Assembly: GCA_035263625.1 (NCBI GenBank)
Contig: DATFRB010000033.1
Coordinates: forward strand, 53,539-117,538
Direction of reading: 5' to 3'
Length of the DNA: 64,000 bases
DNA from: Terracidiphilus sp.
GTDB taxonomy: Bacteria; Acidobacteriota; Terriglobia; Terriglobales; Acidobacteriaceae
A model generated the notes under the pieces. That model searched no databases. It was not told the origin of the DNA and was given only the letters and a program-made list of their open reading frames with translations. Below, piece by piece: positions 9,646 to 18,633 of this stretch (position 1 is the first letter of the stretch; each line of letters opens with the position of its first letter). The translations under genes and the position numbers were made by a program.

Positions 9646-12606
9646 TTAGTGTCCGCCGTTGCCGCGGTTGAAGTCAGTCTGGAACGTGTAGGTTCCATTC
9701 TCGTAGGTGTTCGCGACCCACGGCACTGTGACCTGCCACTGCGCGTTGGGATTGCAACCCACAATGCTCAAGGTCACGCTCGTTGTTGCCGACGCGCTGG
9801 CAGCCATGTCGCCCAACAACACCGGGAAGCTCGCCGGCGACTGAATCTGCGGCGTGCACGATGGCCCAGAGAGCTGCGTAAGCGTTATGCCGCTGAGTTG
9901 CATTGCATACGCCGTTCCCACGTTGCCGTTGGTTGCGGTGAGAGTGATGATCCGCCTGTCCTGCGTGGTTGCGCCGACAGAGGACGTAATCGCCATGCCG
10001 TAGCCCGGCAGCTGGGTTTCATCCACGATGCCCCAGTAAGCGGGCTTGGCCTGTAGGCCGTGATCAAACGGCAGTGGGTAGTCTGTGCGGTTGATTGGGA
10101 AGCTGTCCAGCCATGTATCGTCGTCGGCCATGCCCCAGATCGTTACGCGGTCGATTTTGCCTGCCAGGCTCTTGAATGCGGTGAAGGTGTCGAAGTAGAG
10201 CCAGCCCTGTTCGGCCAGCACCGACGGCGGAAGGTTATTCCCGTAATCGGAGTGGTTGTCACCCGCGTTGTACACGCTCTCGTCGTATTCGGTTACCTGC
10301 TGATCGATGCCCGGGAAGTCCTCGGCGATCGTGTTGACCGCGTTGACCATTCCGGCCACCGACGGATAGTTGATGGCATTGTGGAACTCGTGGCCCACGC
10401 CGTCCAGCGGAATGCCGCGCGTTTGCAGGTCGTTGACCACCTGCACGAGGCACGCGAGCCGGTTGGGATCGGCCGTCGAGTAGTCGTTGATGAACAGCTT
10501 TGTGCCGGCGGGCGCGTACTGCCGCGCGGCCTGCAAAGCCACGTCGATGTAGCTCTTGCCCAACACCTTGTAGAACGGGCCGTGGACAAGGCAATCGGGC
10601 TGGTTGGGATCGAGTGGCTCGTTGACCACGTCCCACACCGTGACCTTTTTGCCGAAGTGCGTTACCTCGTTCTGGATGTGCTCCTGAATATTCGCGACCA
10701 CGGTTGCCTGGTTTGCGGGCGAGTTGCTGCCATCCCCGGTAGCGTACGACGGAGTCTGCGCGCCCGTAGCCCAAACAAGATTGTGTCCGCGCACCAGCAT
10801 GTCGTGGCACACGGCCACGCCAACTTGTGCATCGGCATTGGTGTAGTTGAAGTTGCCCTTTGTGTTCTCCACCGAGCTCCACTTCATGTCGTTGCCCGAT
10901 GTCATGCTGTTGAAGTGCTTGGTCATCAGCTGTTCGTGCGGGCCAGTGAGGTCCGACGGATCCACGGCCATGCCCACCGGGAAGTACGGCGACAGAGTCT
11001 GGAAGATCGACGGAATGTCGGCCTGGATGGTGGGAGGCGCCACGTACGAGAGCTGGAAGTCGTCAATGTAGAACGACGCCAGATCAGTGCCCGAAGGCGG
11101 CACCGTCTGGAAGTAGACGAATGCCTGGCCCTGGTCGTACGCATTGGCCATGTTGAAGCCCATCACGTTGATGTGGTGCCACTGACCGTCATCCGGAACG
11201 GTAACGCCCGGATATCCGGTGATCGACGGGAAACTCGTGTTTCCGCTGAGCGTGACCTGGAGGCTCATGTTGATGACGTGGGTCGCGCTGTCTTGCGGCA
11301 CCATCATCACCCATGCGCTCAGGTTGTACACCGAGCCCTGGTACATCTTGTTGTTGACGCTGATCTGCGGCCCGTCATAGTTGGCGACGCGGCCGGTGGT
11401 CAGCAGGCTGTGCGTGCCACCATGCGCCACGACCGTCGAGTTCGTCACGGACGATGAACCGGTACGAGAGGTCCATCCATCGGTGCCGCCATCCTCAAAG
11501 TCGGTGCTGATGCCGCTGTTGTCCTGCTGGCTCGGGTCGGGCGGCGGCGGGGCAATTTCACCGATGCGCACGTTGCTGATGTAGAACGAATCGGTCGCGC
11601 TGTTCGACTGGAAGTAGAGGTCGAGTGAGCTTGGCGGACCGGGCTGGTTGCTGAAGCTGAATGTGCCCGTCACGAGCGTCCATGCGGTGTTCGATAACAC
11701 GCCCGACGTGGCAAGGTTGCTGAATGCCCCCGAAGTCGCGCAGTCAGCGAGCTTGGTTGACATCGTGACCGTTGGACTGTCGCTGTAGGGTTGGGCCATC
11801 ATCACATACGCGCTGACCTGGTATGTGGCCCCGGCTACAACGTTGGGCACGGTGAGCAGATTGAGCGCCGGACCCATGAACGTCGCGGTGCGGCCCGTGG
11901 TGAGCAGGCTGTTCACGTTGCCCTTCGGATCGAGAACCGGCGGCGGGACAGCCTGAAGCGTCGGGCTGCCGAACGGGAACCAGCCGTCAAGCCCGCCATC
12001 GGCCCACGTGTAGGTCGCAATGGTTGTGCCGCCCGGCGGGGGCGCGGTCTGCGTGATGACAACGTCGTCAAGGTAGAACGACTGAACGCTCGTGGGGCCG
12101 ACAAGCTGCGCATAGAGAAGAAGCCCGGTCTCCGTGGTCGGAACGGTGTATGATCCGCCGATCTGGGCCCAGCCCGAGGAGGTTACCGCCACCTTGAAGT
12201 TGCCGACGGTGTCAAAGCAGGTACACCCGGTGCCGCCGGTCCGCAGGATGGTGAAGTTGGCGTTGGTCGCTGCTTCTCCTGGAGTGAGCTGCACCCAGCC
12301 CGTAATCGTGTATTTCGCGCCCGGCTGCAACACGCTGCTCAAGGAGATCGACGGCCCGCTGGAAGCGCCGCTTGAGTTGGTGGTTGTAAGCAGGCTGGAG
12401 TTGCCTGAGAAAGCGGCGGCTGTGGTCGAGGCAGGGGCACTTGCTCCGTTGAAGGAACCCCAGCCATCGGCATTGCCGTTTTCAAAATCATAAGTTTGAA
12501 TGACCTGCGCGTGCAGCGCTACGCCGCTAAACAGCAAGAGCGCAAGTATCGGGTAAAGGGCACGAAACACTCGTGTTGCGCACGAGGCCGGGTGGCGACG
12601 AAGCAT
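9646..12606 (-). CDS. Multimodular endo-1,4-beta-xylanase (signal peptide, three CBM4/9-like modules, GH10 domain, C-terminal beta domain)
   Basis: GH10 motifs NDMKW, RGHNLVW, WDVVNE, FINDY and VTEYD. Three repeated FEDG/GW..F..Y.DD modules precede the catalytic domain. An AGGAGG RBS lies before the ATG at 12606. Confidence 0.9.
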   Translation of the reverse strand: MLRRHPASCATRVFRALYPILALLLFSGVALHAQVIQTYDFENGNADGWGSFNGASAPASTTAAAFSGNSSLLTTTNSSGASSGPSISLSSVLQPGAKYTITGWVQLTPGEAATNANFTILRTGGTGCTCFDTVGNFKVAVTSSGWAQIGGSYTVPTTETGLLLYAQLVGPTSVQSFYLDDVVITQTAPPPGGTTIATYTWADGGLDGWFPFGSPTLQAVPPPVLDPKGNVNSLLTTGRTATFMGPALNLLTVPNVVAGATYQVSAYVMMAQPYSDSPTVTMSTKLADCATSGAFSNLATSGVLSNTAWTLVTGTFSFSNQPGPPSSLDLYFQSNSATDSFYISNVRIGEIAPPPPDPSQQDNSGISTDFEDGGTDGWTSRTGSSSVTNSTVVAHGGTHSLLTTGRVANYDGPQISVNNKMYQGSVYNLSAWVMMVPQDSATHVINMSLQVTLSGNTSFPSITGYPGVTVPDDGQWHHINVMGFNMANAYDQGQAFVYFQTVPPSGTDLASFYIDDFQLSYVAPPTIQADIPSIFQTLSPYFPVGMAVDPSDLTGPHEQLMTKHFNSMTSGNDMKWSSVENTKGNFNYTNADAQVGVAVCHDMLVRGHNLVWATGAQTPSYATGDGSNSPANQATVVANIQEHIQNEVTHFGKKVTVWDVVNEPLDPNQPDCLVHGPFYKVLGKSYIDVALQAARQYAPAGTKLFINDYSTADPNRLACLVQVVNDLQTRGIPLDGVGHEFHNAINYPSVAGMVNAVNTIAEDFPGIDQQVTEYDESVYNAGDNHSDYGNNLPPSVLAEQGWLYFDTFTAFKSLAGKIDRVTIWGMADDDTWLDSFPINRTDYPLPFDHGLQAKPAYWGIVDETQLPGYGMAITSSVGATTQDRRIITLTATNGNVGTAYAMQLSGITLTQLSGPSCTPQIQSPASFPVLLGDMAASASATTSVTLSIVGCNPNAQWQVTVPWVANTYENGTYTFQTDFNRGNGGH

Positions 12607-12687
12607 GACAAACCTCCTGAATTGAACCGAGGCAGAGGGGAAAAACCCGGAGAGAGGCCGGGTAAAACCAGGTACAGCAATCACTTC

Positions 12688-12745
12688 GAGTAATTCGATT
12701 TACTCAGCGCATCGGAGTATATTCAGGTCGAAAATTAATTGTCAA
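12688..12745 (-). promoter_or_regulatory. Sigma70 promoter and palindromic operator of the xylanase gene
   Basis: Minus strand TTGACA (12745-12740), 18 nt, TATACT (12721-12716). Palindrome GAGTAATTCGATTTACTC at 12688-12705. Confidence 0.7.
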
Positions 12746-12867
12746 GGATCAGATTGTAAAATTTCGCGACGGGACGAATTGGGACGTTCACACCGTCATC
12801 GGGAGCGGTAAATCCGTCCCTGGCTCCCCTGAAATGAGAGCCGCGAGGATCTCAAAAAGCGAGCCTT

Positions 12868-13632
12868 TCAACGGCCGGCTCGCATCTCTTCCGCTGCCGG
12901 CGCTTGCCCGGCGACCAGGCGCATCGCGGCGACCTCGCTGTGAGCAGCAGTGGCCGCTGTTCTCCGGTCAGGATACGTGCGCGGATCCGCGAACCTGACC
13001 TCTGCCGTGACGTGCCGTGTGCCGAGCACTTTCCAAAGATTGGGTAGAAAAGCCTCATCGCCGAACCAACTGAGAGCGCTCTCCGGCACGCTTTCTGCCG
13101 AGTACCACACCGCCGCGGCGGTGACGGGCGCGCCTGCATTCACAACGGGCTGAAACAAGGCGGAGTGGAAGCGCATCACCTGGGAGCCATCCGTGCTCGT
13201 CCCCTCGGGAAACAAGAGGACGGGCACGGGCAAGTTCAGCCGCGCAGACATTTCGCTTGCGGCAGCAGCGGCGCTTGCGCGGCTGGCGCGATCAAGAAAT
13301 ATGGTTCCGCCGGCGCGCGCCGCCATACCGAAGTAAGGCCAGCGGCGCACTTCCGCTTTCGACACGAAGACGCAGGGCATGACCGCGCTATAGACGCCGA
13401 TATCGAGATAGCTCAGGTGATTGGAGACTACGAGGCCATGCGATGGAACCGCGCCTGCAACGCGCCACTTTACGCCGATGCTTGAAAGCACACCTCGACA
13501 AGCGGACTGGAGCCAAAGAGCGCGACGCACCGGAGTGAGCGGCCCCCGCGCGCGCGCGAGCGCCAAGCGCGCCATACACATGATGAGCGCCCAGGCCAGC
13601 GCCACAGCGCGCCGGCATTTGCGGAAGGTCAC
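12868..13632 (-). CDS. Lysophospholipid acyltransferase (PlsC/OlsA-like)
   Basis: Motifs SNHLSYLD, FVSKAE, FLDR and FPEGTS. The GTG start at 13632 overlaps the upstream TGA. Confidence 0.9.
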   Translation of the reverse strand: MTFRKCRRAVALAWALIMCMARLALARARGPLTPVRRALWLQSACRGVLSSIGVKWRVAGAVPSHGLVVSNHLSYLDIGVYSAVMPCVFVSKAEVRRWPYFGMAARAGGTIFLDRASRASAAAAASEMSARLNLPVPVLLFPEGTSTDGSQVMRFHSALFQPVVNAGAPVTAAAVWYSAESVPESALSWFGDEAFLPNLWKVLGTRHVTAEVRFADPRTYPDRRTAATAAHSEVAAMRLVAGQAPAAEEMRAGR

Positions 13633-14531
13633 TGCGTCAGGGGGGCCAGAAACCTGTTGCGCGCGGCCGAGGAAAGCAGCTTCAGATCGAGCACGGTGAG
13701 GAAATCGATGGTGCCGAAGGCGCGGTCCCACGCGGGCGGAGCGGCGATGCGAGCGCCGATCGCCAGGTAGGTCTTAAGCAGCTTGGGCACCTTGACTCCC
13801 TGGCTTGCGGAGTTGTTCGATTCCGGGGTTGACGGCTGTGCGTCGATCCGTTGCGGCTCGGTGGGGCAGGCAAACGCGGCTGTCGGCATCGTTTCGAATT
13901 CCGGGCAGACCCGGTAGTGCTCAAGCTGGCGGTACAGCTGCCAGCCCTCGGCCGGATTGTTGGAGTTGAGCGACGAACAGCCAACCAGGTAGCGAAGCCC
14001 CATGTCATGAGCATACTGCGCGATTCCTCGCCACAAGAGCGTGAGCACCTCGGGCGTGCGGTGGTCGCGATCGATGGAGGCGCGGCCAAGCTCGAGGATC
14101 CCCGGCCTCAGCGGCTCGTAGGGCGCGAAGTTGAATTCCTGTTCGGAGTAGTACCCCAGGTTGTGAGCGGCGGTAGCGCCCGACTGCATCCGGTAGGTTC
14201 CCACGATGCGCCGCGACGGATTTTCCTGCTGCCGGTCCTCGACCAGAAGGTGCTCGCAGAAGGCATCGAACCGGTCCGTGTCGAGGCCCGTTTCGTAGGA
14301 GCTTTCGAGCCCCTCGCCTAGCTCAATGTTGAACACCTTGAAGCGCAGGCGACACACGGCCACGCGGTCTTCCGCGCTTTCTGCAAGGCGAACGCGGTAG
14401 CGCCCCACTTCGGCGTGGATGCGAGGCTTCGCAGTTGAGATTTCAGGGACGAGGATTGAAAAGGAAGGATCCAGAAGCGCGGATCCGGCGGTTTGGTTCA
14501 GCGGGACATTCTGCCCAGTGCGCGGAATCAC
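13629..14531 (-). CDS. GNAT N-acyltransferase, OlsB-like (Acetyltransf_5)
   Basis: Motifs RLRFKVFNIELG, DTDRFD..C.HL, VGTYR, YYSEQEF, LELGR, LWRGI and PKLLKTYL typical of the OlsB family. Confidence 0.85.
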   Translation of the reverse strand: MIPRTGQNVPLNQTAGSALLDPSFSILVPEISTAKPRIHAEVGRYRVRLAESAEDRVAVCRLRFKVFNIELGEGLESSYETGLDTDRFDAFCEHLLVEDRQQENPSRRIVGTYRMQSGATAAHNLGYYSEQEFNFAPYEPLRPGILELGRASIDRDHRTPEVLTLLWRGIAQYAHDMGLRYLVGCSSLNSNNPAEGWQLYRQLEHYRVCPEFETMPTAAFACPTEPQRIDAQPSTPESNNSASQGVKVPKLLKTYLAIGARIAAPPAWDRAFGTIDFLTVLDLKLLSSAARNRFLAPLTQ

Positions 14532-14645
14532 GGGAGTAGTATCCGGCGGGGTCTGTAAGAGAAGGATGAACCCGATGCAAATGGATCACGAAAATCGTGT
14601 TGCCGGAATGTAACGATCCTCTATCCGCGGAGGACTTTTATTTTT

Positions 14646-14686
14646 CGCAAATTTACCTTGCATTGCAAATTACTTTGCAGTATAAA
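14646..14686 (+). promoter_or_regulatory. Sigma70 promoter with inverted-repeat operators
   Basis: TTGCAT (14658-14663), 17 nt, TATAAA (14681-14686). TGCAAA-TTAC-TTTGCA fills the spacer, with a degenerate copy at 14646-14662. Confidence 0.65.
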
Positions 14687-14693
14687 GTATGCC

Positions 14694-15077
14694 ATGAAAA
14701 CGAGCCGCCGATTTCTCGCCGCCGCAGAACTTGTCCTCATCTTTCCGGCCGCGCTCTTTATGAGCGCCCTGTTCGTGCGCAACCTGCAGCCTCAGCAATA
14801 CGAGCCGGCCCGCACCGCCGAGCGCATCGTGGAGATGTATGCCGGCAGCACGCACGTCGGGCTGTGGCTGCTGATGATGGCGCTTCCGTTTGTGGTGCTG
14901 GTGGTCGGGTGTATCTCGCTGGCGCACTCGTGGCGCGCCGACGCGGGACTCCGCGAGGCCGCGCACCAGGCTGTGGCTGCTCTGCGCTCGCACTTCGCCA
15001 CATTCCTCGTTGCGTGCGCGACGCTGGTATCGTTTGCGATCCTCGCCATCGTTGCATTGCACGTGATTACGGACTGA
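14694..15077 (+). CDS. Small hypothetical membrane protein (about 3 TM helices)
   Basis: 127-aa ORF with three hydrophobic segments, 7 nt downstream of a -10 box. Confidence 0.75.
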   Translation: MKTSRRFLAAAELVLIFPAALFMSALFVRNLQPQQYEPARTAERIVEMYAGSTHVGLWLLMMALPFVVLVVGCISLAHSWRADAGLREAAHQAVAALRSHFATFLVACATLVSFAILAIVALHVITD

Positions 15078-15158
15078 TTCGCGGCAGAAGGGTGTGATGG
15101 AGCAACGGAATTCCTGCCGGCTGCTATACTCGCTGTAATTTTCCACGGAGCCGATGGC

Positions 15159-15893
15159 ATGAACCGCCCCTTCGCATTTCGCGTAACGAGCTGTTTTTGT
15201 GTCTGCATCCTTTTCGTGCTTTGCCATTCAACCGCGGCGCAGAATAGCAACAGTCCCGATGCGGCGCAGCAACAACCCACAATCGTGCGCGTGGGGGCCG
15301 TTTCCATCGCAATTCCGTCGCCCACTAATGGCCTGGTCGAACCGGGACCGGATTATCGGGTGCTTTTCGAGCCCCTCGCCGGAGCAGCCAACAGGCTCGT
15401 TGCTGCCTTCGTGCCGCAGGACCAGATGGAGGCTATTCATGCAGGCAAAGCGCCTCCGATGAATGAATACGCCCTCGTCGAGATCGGTCGCCGTGTGGAG
15501 TTCACCCGCATCGACCCCTCAACCTTCCAGCAGATTTCGGAGGTTATGGCAAAACAGCTTGGCGGGGATATAAAAGACGTCCAAACACAAAGCCAGGACG
15601 AACTGAACCAGAAATTGAAGAGCCTAGGCAGCTCGGCAAACGTGACAATGGATAAACCGATCCAATTGGGGGCCTTCTTCGCAAAGACCGACTCCATCGG
15701 ATTTGGGATGATCATGCCGTACAACGTGAACGGTACGATAACGCGGATGGCGGGATGCCTGGCCGAAGTGCGCGTGCGAGATCGCGTCCTCTCCGTATTT
15801 ACCTATGCAGCGTACAAGGATGAGGGGACGGTCAAATGGGTGAAAACGACCGCCGAACAATGGGCCGACGCGATTCTCAAGGCGAACCAGTAG
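15159..15893 (+). CDS. Hypothetical exported protein
   Basis: 244-aa ORF with a signal-peptide-like N-terminus and protein-like composition. No family recognised. Confidence 0.75.
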   Translation: MNRPFAFRVTSCFCVCILFVLCHSTAAQNSNSPDAAQQQPTIVRVGAVSIAIPSPTNGLVEPGPDYRVLFEPLAGAANRLVAAFVPQDQMEAIHAGKAPPMNEYALVEIGRRVEFTRIDPSTFQQISEVMAKQLGGDIKDVQTQSQDELNQKLKSLGSSANVTMDKPIQLGAFFAKTDSIGFGMIMPYNVNGTITRMAGCLAEVRVRDRVLSVFTYAAYKDEGTVKWVKTTAEQWADAILKANQ

Positions 15894-16053
15894 AGAGAGT
15901 TCCGGCCGGATCGATCGAGAGCGAACTCTCCCCATCCCGGCTGCCGGCATACTGCACGTGATTTCGGACTGATCGCGGTTCAAACGAGGCTCATGAATCG
16001 CAGTGGCAGCGGGAATGTGAGCACCCCACCCATGGGTGACATTGCCAGATAAG

Positions 16054-16644
16054 CTACTTCGAGCCGGGCGGAACAATGCCATTCATGCGCAGGTACTCCA
16101 CCATCTGGCCGTAGTGGTCGTACCCGTGAGCGGCGATAAAGGAAGCGAGAGTCGCTCGCGTGTGAATGCCGTCAAGGCCGTCGAAGGCAACATAAGCGTT
16201 TTCCGACGTAATGGTCGCGATCGACTGGTGTGCGTACACAAACGAATCTGCCGCGGCCTTTACCAGGTCATCTTTCGTGGTGAGCTTTGAAATGTCCCGC
16301 GCTTCGGCCGGCATCTTTTCGCCGCGTATCTTCGAGCCGAAGAAGTAGTTCGCTTGTGAGACGTGGGCAACCTGCTGGGCGAAGGTACGAACTCCGTCAA
16401 ATTTCGCTCCCTGCGCGGGCGCAAAGTTCGACGCTGAGGGAGCGAAGCTGTACTTATCGGCAGGCATCGCCTTCGCGACCGCCATGAACTCTTGTTCGAA
16501 GAGATTCAAGAGTTCATCCTGCGCTTGCATAGGTGGCGTCTGTGCACCAGGAGCCACTTTTGCAGCCGTCGAAGCCGTTTGCGCGAAAATCGCCGGTACA
16601 CAACCGCTCAGAATCACTACGGCACAAAGATCCCGAAGACGCAT
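16054..16644 (-). CDS. DinB/YfiT family protein, exported
   Basis: Signal peptide, AMPADKYSFAP, RTFAQQVAHV and H.YDHYGQMVEYLRMNGIVPP metal-binding His pattern. Confidence 0.88.
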   Translation of the reverse strand: MRLRDLCAVVILSGCVPAIFAQTASTAAKVAPGAQTPPMQAQDELLNLFEQEFMAVAKAMPADKYSFAPSASNFAPAQGAKFDGVRTFAQQVAHVSQANYFFGSKIRGEKMPAEARDISKLTTKDDLVKAAADSFVYAHQSIATITSENAYVAFDGLDGIHTRATLASFIAAHGYDHYGQMVEYLRMNGIVPPGSK

Positions 16645-16906
16645 ACATCACCTCCAACCCAGGTATGCAATGCAAACAGACTAGCAAACCCCAATCGCAA
16701 GTGGCCAAAGGCTCTGCGCTTTTAACCCCTGTCGATGAAAACATCGGCTGGCCGGTTGAGATGTCGTCCGTACACGCCCGGGATCCATTTTGCCCGCAAA
16801 TGCTATGCAGCCTCCCTTCGCTGTGATTCAGAATCGACCGGCTCGGGCAATAAAAGCATTCGTCACCGCATGTTGACAGCTTTGGTGAAGTGGCGGGCGA
16901 ATGACA

Positions 16907-16933
16907 GAAGGCTCCTCGCGAGGAGGAGCCTTC
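16907..16933 (-). terminator. Stem-loop downstream of the MoaD-like gene
   Basis: 11-bp perfect stem gaaggctcctc-gcgag-gaggagccttc. Confidence 0.55.
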
Positions 16934-16958
16934 GTTCTGATACCCTCTCGATTCGCGG

Positions 16959-17240
16959 TCAGCAGCATCCGCCGGCGATGGACGGAATCACGAGCACCTC
17001 GTCGCCTTCCTTGAAGCTGTACTTCTCGTTGCCGAGGAAGCGGATGTCTTCTTCATTGACATAGAAGTTGATGAAGCGGCGGATCTGGCCGTCTTCGCCG
17101 CGAAGGTGCGGCCGCAGTGCTGGGAAGCGCCCCTCAATGTCATTGACAAGCTCGGGCAGGTTCGCGGCGCCGCTCGATATCTCGCGCACGTTGTTGGTGT
17201 GTTTCTGAAATGCGTTGGGCAACAGGACTCGTACTGCCAT
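16959..17240 (-). CDS. MoaD/ThiS/CysO-type ubiquitin-like sulfur carrier ending IAGGCC
   Basis: 93 aa with RRFINFYVNEEDIRF, GDEVLVIPSIAGG and then Cys-Cys-stop (ATC GCC GGC GGA TGC TGC TGA). Confidence 0.9.
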   Translation of the reverse strand: MAVRVLLPNAFQKHTNNVREISSGAANLPELVNDIEGRFPALRPHLRGEDGQIRRFINFYVNEEDIRFLGNEKYSFKEGDEVLVIPSIAGGCC

Positions 17241-17245
17241 TTTCC

Positions 17246-18505
17246 TTATTTCTCCGCCAGGGCAAATTCCTGGTTGGTTGTCTGTTCGTCTACGAAGGAT
17301 TCGAAGTCGGTGAGCCGAGGACGGATGGTCCGGCCCTGGTCGTACGCGCCCTGAAGCACATCGGTAGTCTTCAGGCCGTTTCCGGTGATGCACGTAACGG
17401 TCAGATCATCGGGCTTGATGCGTCCGTGCGCGTAGAGACGGGCGGTTACCGCGGTGGTGACGCCGCCGGCCGTCTCGGTAAAGATGCCCTCGGTTTCAGC
17501 AAGTTCCTGGATGGCCGATACGATTTCTACGTCCGACACATCCTCGGCCCAGCCGCCCGTGTCGCGGATGGCGCGCGCTGCGTAGATTCCATCGGCCGGG
17601 TTGCCGATTGCCAGAGAACGCGCGATGGTATGCGGGCGCTGCGGCTCGATGATGTCTGTGCCGCCCTTGACGGCTTTTGCGATGGGCGAGCAGCCGGTGG
17701 CCTGCGCGCCGAAGAAGCGCACCGGCTTCTCTTCGACCAGGCCGAGCTCGATGAGTTCGTTGAATGCCTTGCGGATCTTGGTGATGAGCGAGCCGCCGGC
17801 CATGGGCACGACCACGTTGTCGGGCAGGCGCCAGCCTAGCTGTTCGGCGATCTCAAAGCCGACAGTCTTCGACCCCTCTGCGTAATATGGCCGCAGGTTC
17901 ACGTTCACGAAGCCCCAGTTGTAGCGGTCGGCGATCTGCGAGCTCAGGCGGTTGCAGTGATCGTAGTTCCCTTCTACGCGCACCAGCGTTGCGCCGTAGA
18001 CCTGCGTGTTGAGAATCTTTGCGGGCTCGAGATCCGCGGGGACGAGGATGAACGTCTTCAATCCCAGGCGCGCGGCCTGCGCGGCCACAGCGTTGGCCAG
18101 GTTGCCGGTGGACGAGCAGCCCACGGTGTCGAATCCGAATGCCTGCGCATTCGCCAGCGCAACGGCCACCACGCGATCCTTGAAGCTCAGCGTGGGCATG
18201 CATACCGCGTCATTCTTGAGGTAGAGATTGCGCGCGCCGATGTGCGCTCCGAGCCGCGGAGCAGCAACCAGCGGCGTGAGCCCGGCGGGCGTGCCCAGCT
18301 CGTGGCCTTCCGGGATCGGCAGCATCGCCTTGTAGCGGCCGATGTTCAGCGGGCCTTCGGAGATCTTCTGGCGGGTGAAGCGGGTGCGAGCATAGTCGAG
18401 GTCGTACTTCACCTCGAGAGGGGAAAAACATTCATCGCAGATCGATAGCGGCTGAACTCCGTAGCTCTTGCCGCATTCCCGACATCGCAATTCGTAAGCA
18501 GACAT
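17246..18505 (-). CDS. Threonine-synthase-family PLP enzyme (possible O-phosphohomoserine sulfhydrylase)
   Basis: N-terminal CxxC..CxxC, PLP-lysine motif SFKDR, SSTGNLA, NVNLRPYY.EGSKT and TGNGLKT. Confidence 0.88.
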   Translation of the reverse strand: MSAYELRCRECGKSYGVQPLSICDECFSPLEVKYDLDYARTRFTRQKISEGPLNIGRYKAMLPIPEGHELGTPAGLTPLVAAPRLGAHIGARNLYLKNDAVCMPTLSFKDRVVAVALANAQAFGFDTVGCSSTGNLANAVAAQAARLGLKTFILVPADLEPAKILNTQVYGATLVRVEGNYDHCNRLSSQIADRYNWGFVNVNLRPYYAEGSKTVGFEIAEQLGWRLPDNVVVPMAGGSLITKIRKAFNELIELGLVEEKPVRFFGAQATGCSPIAKAVKGGTDIIEPQRPHTIARSLAIGNPADGIYAARAIRDTGGWAEDVSDVEIVSAIQELAETEGIFTETAGGVTTAVTARLYAHGRIKPDDLTVTCITGNGLKTTDVLQGAYDQGRTIRPRLTDFESFVDEQTTNQEFALAEK

Positions 18506-18633
18506 CAGCGGTCCCTCGCAGTATGCGAGCGACTGCAGGTATGCGGGCGCGTGACCGGCTCAATGAAGAGCGAACGTATGTTGACTCGAAACCGCTTGCG
18601 AAGCCGCTTCAGAGTACTAAAGCGACCCCCGAA

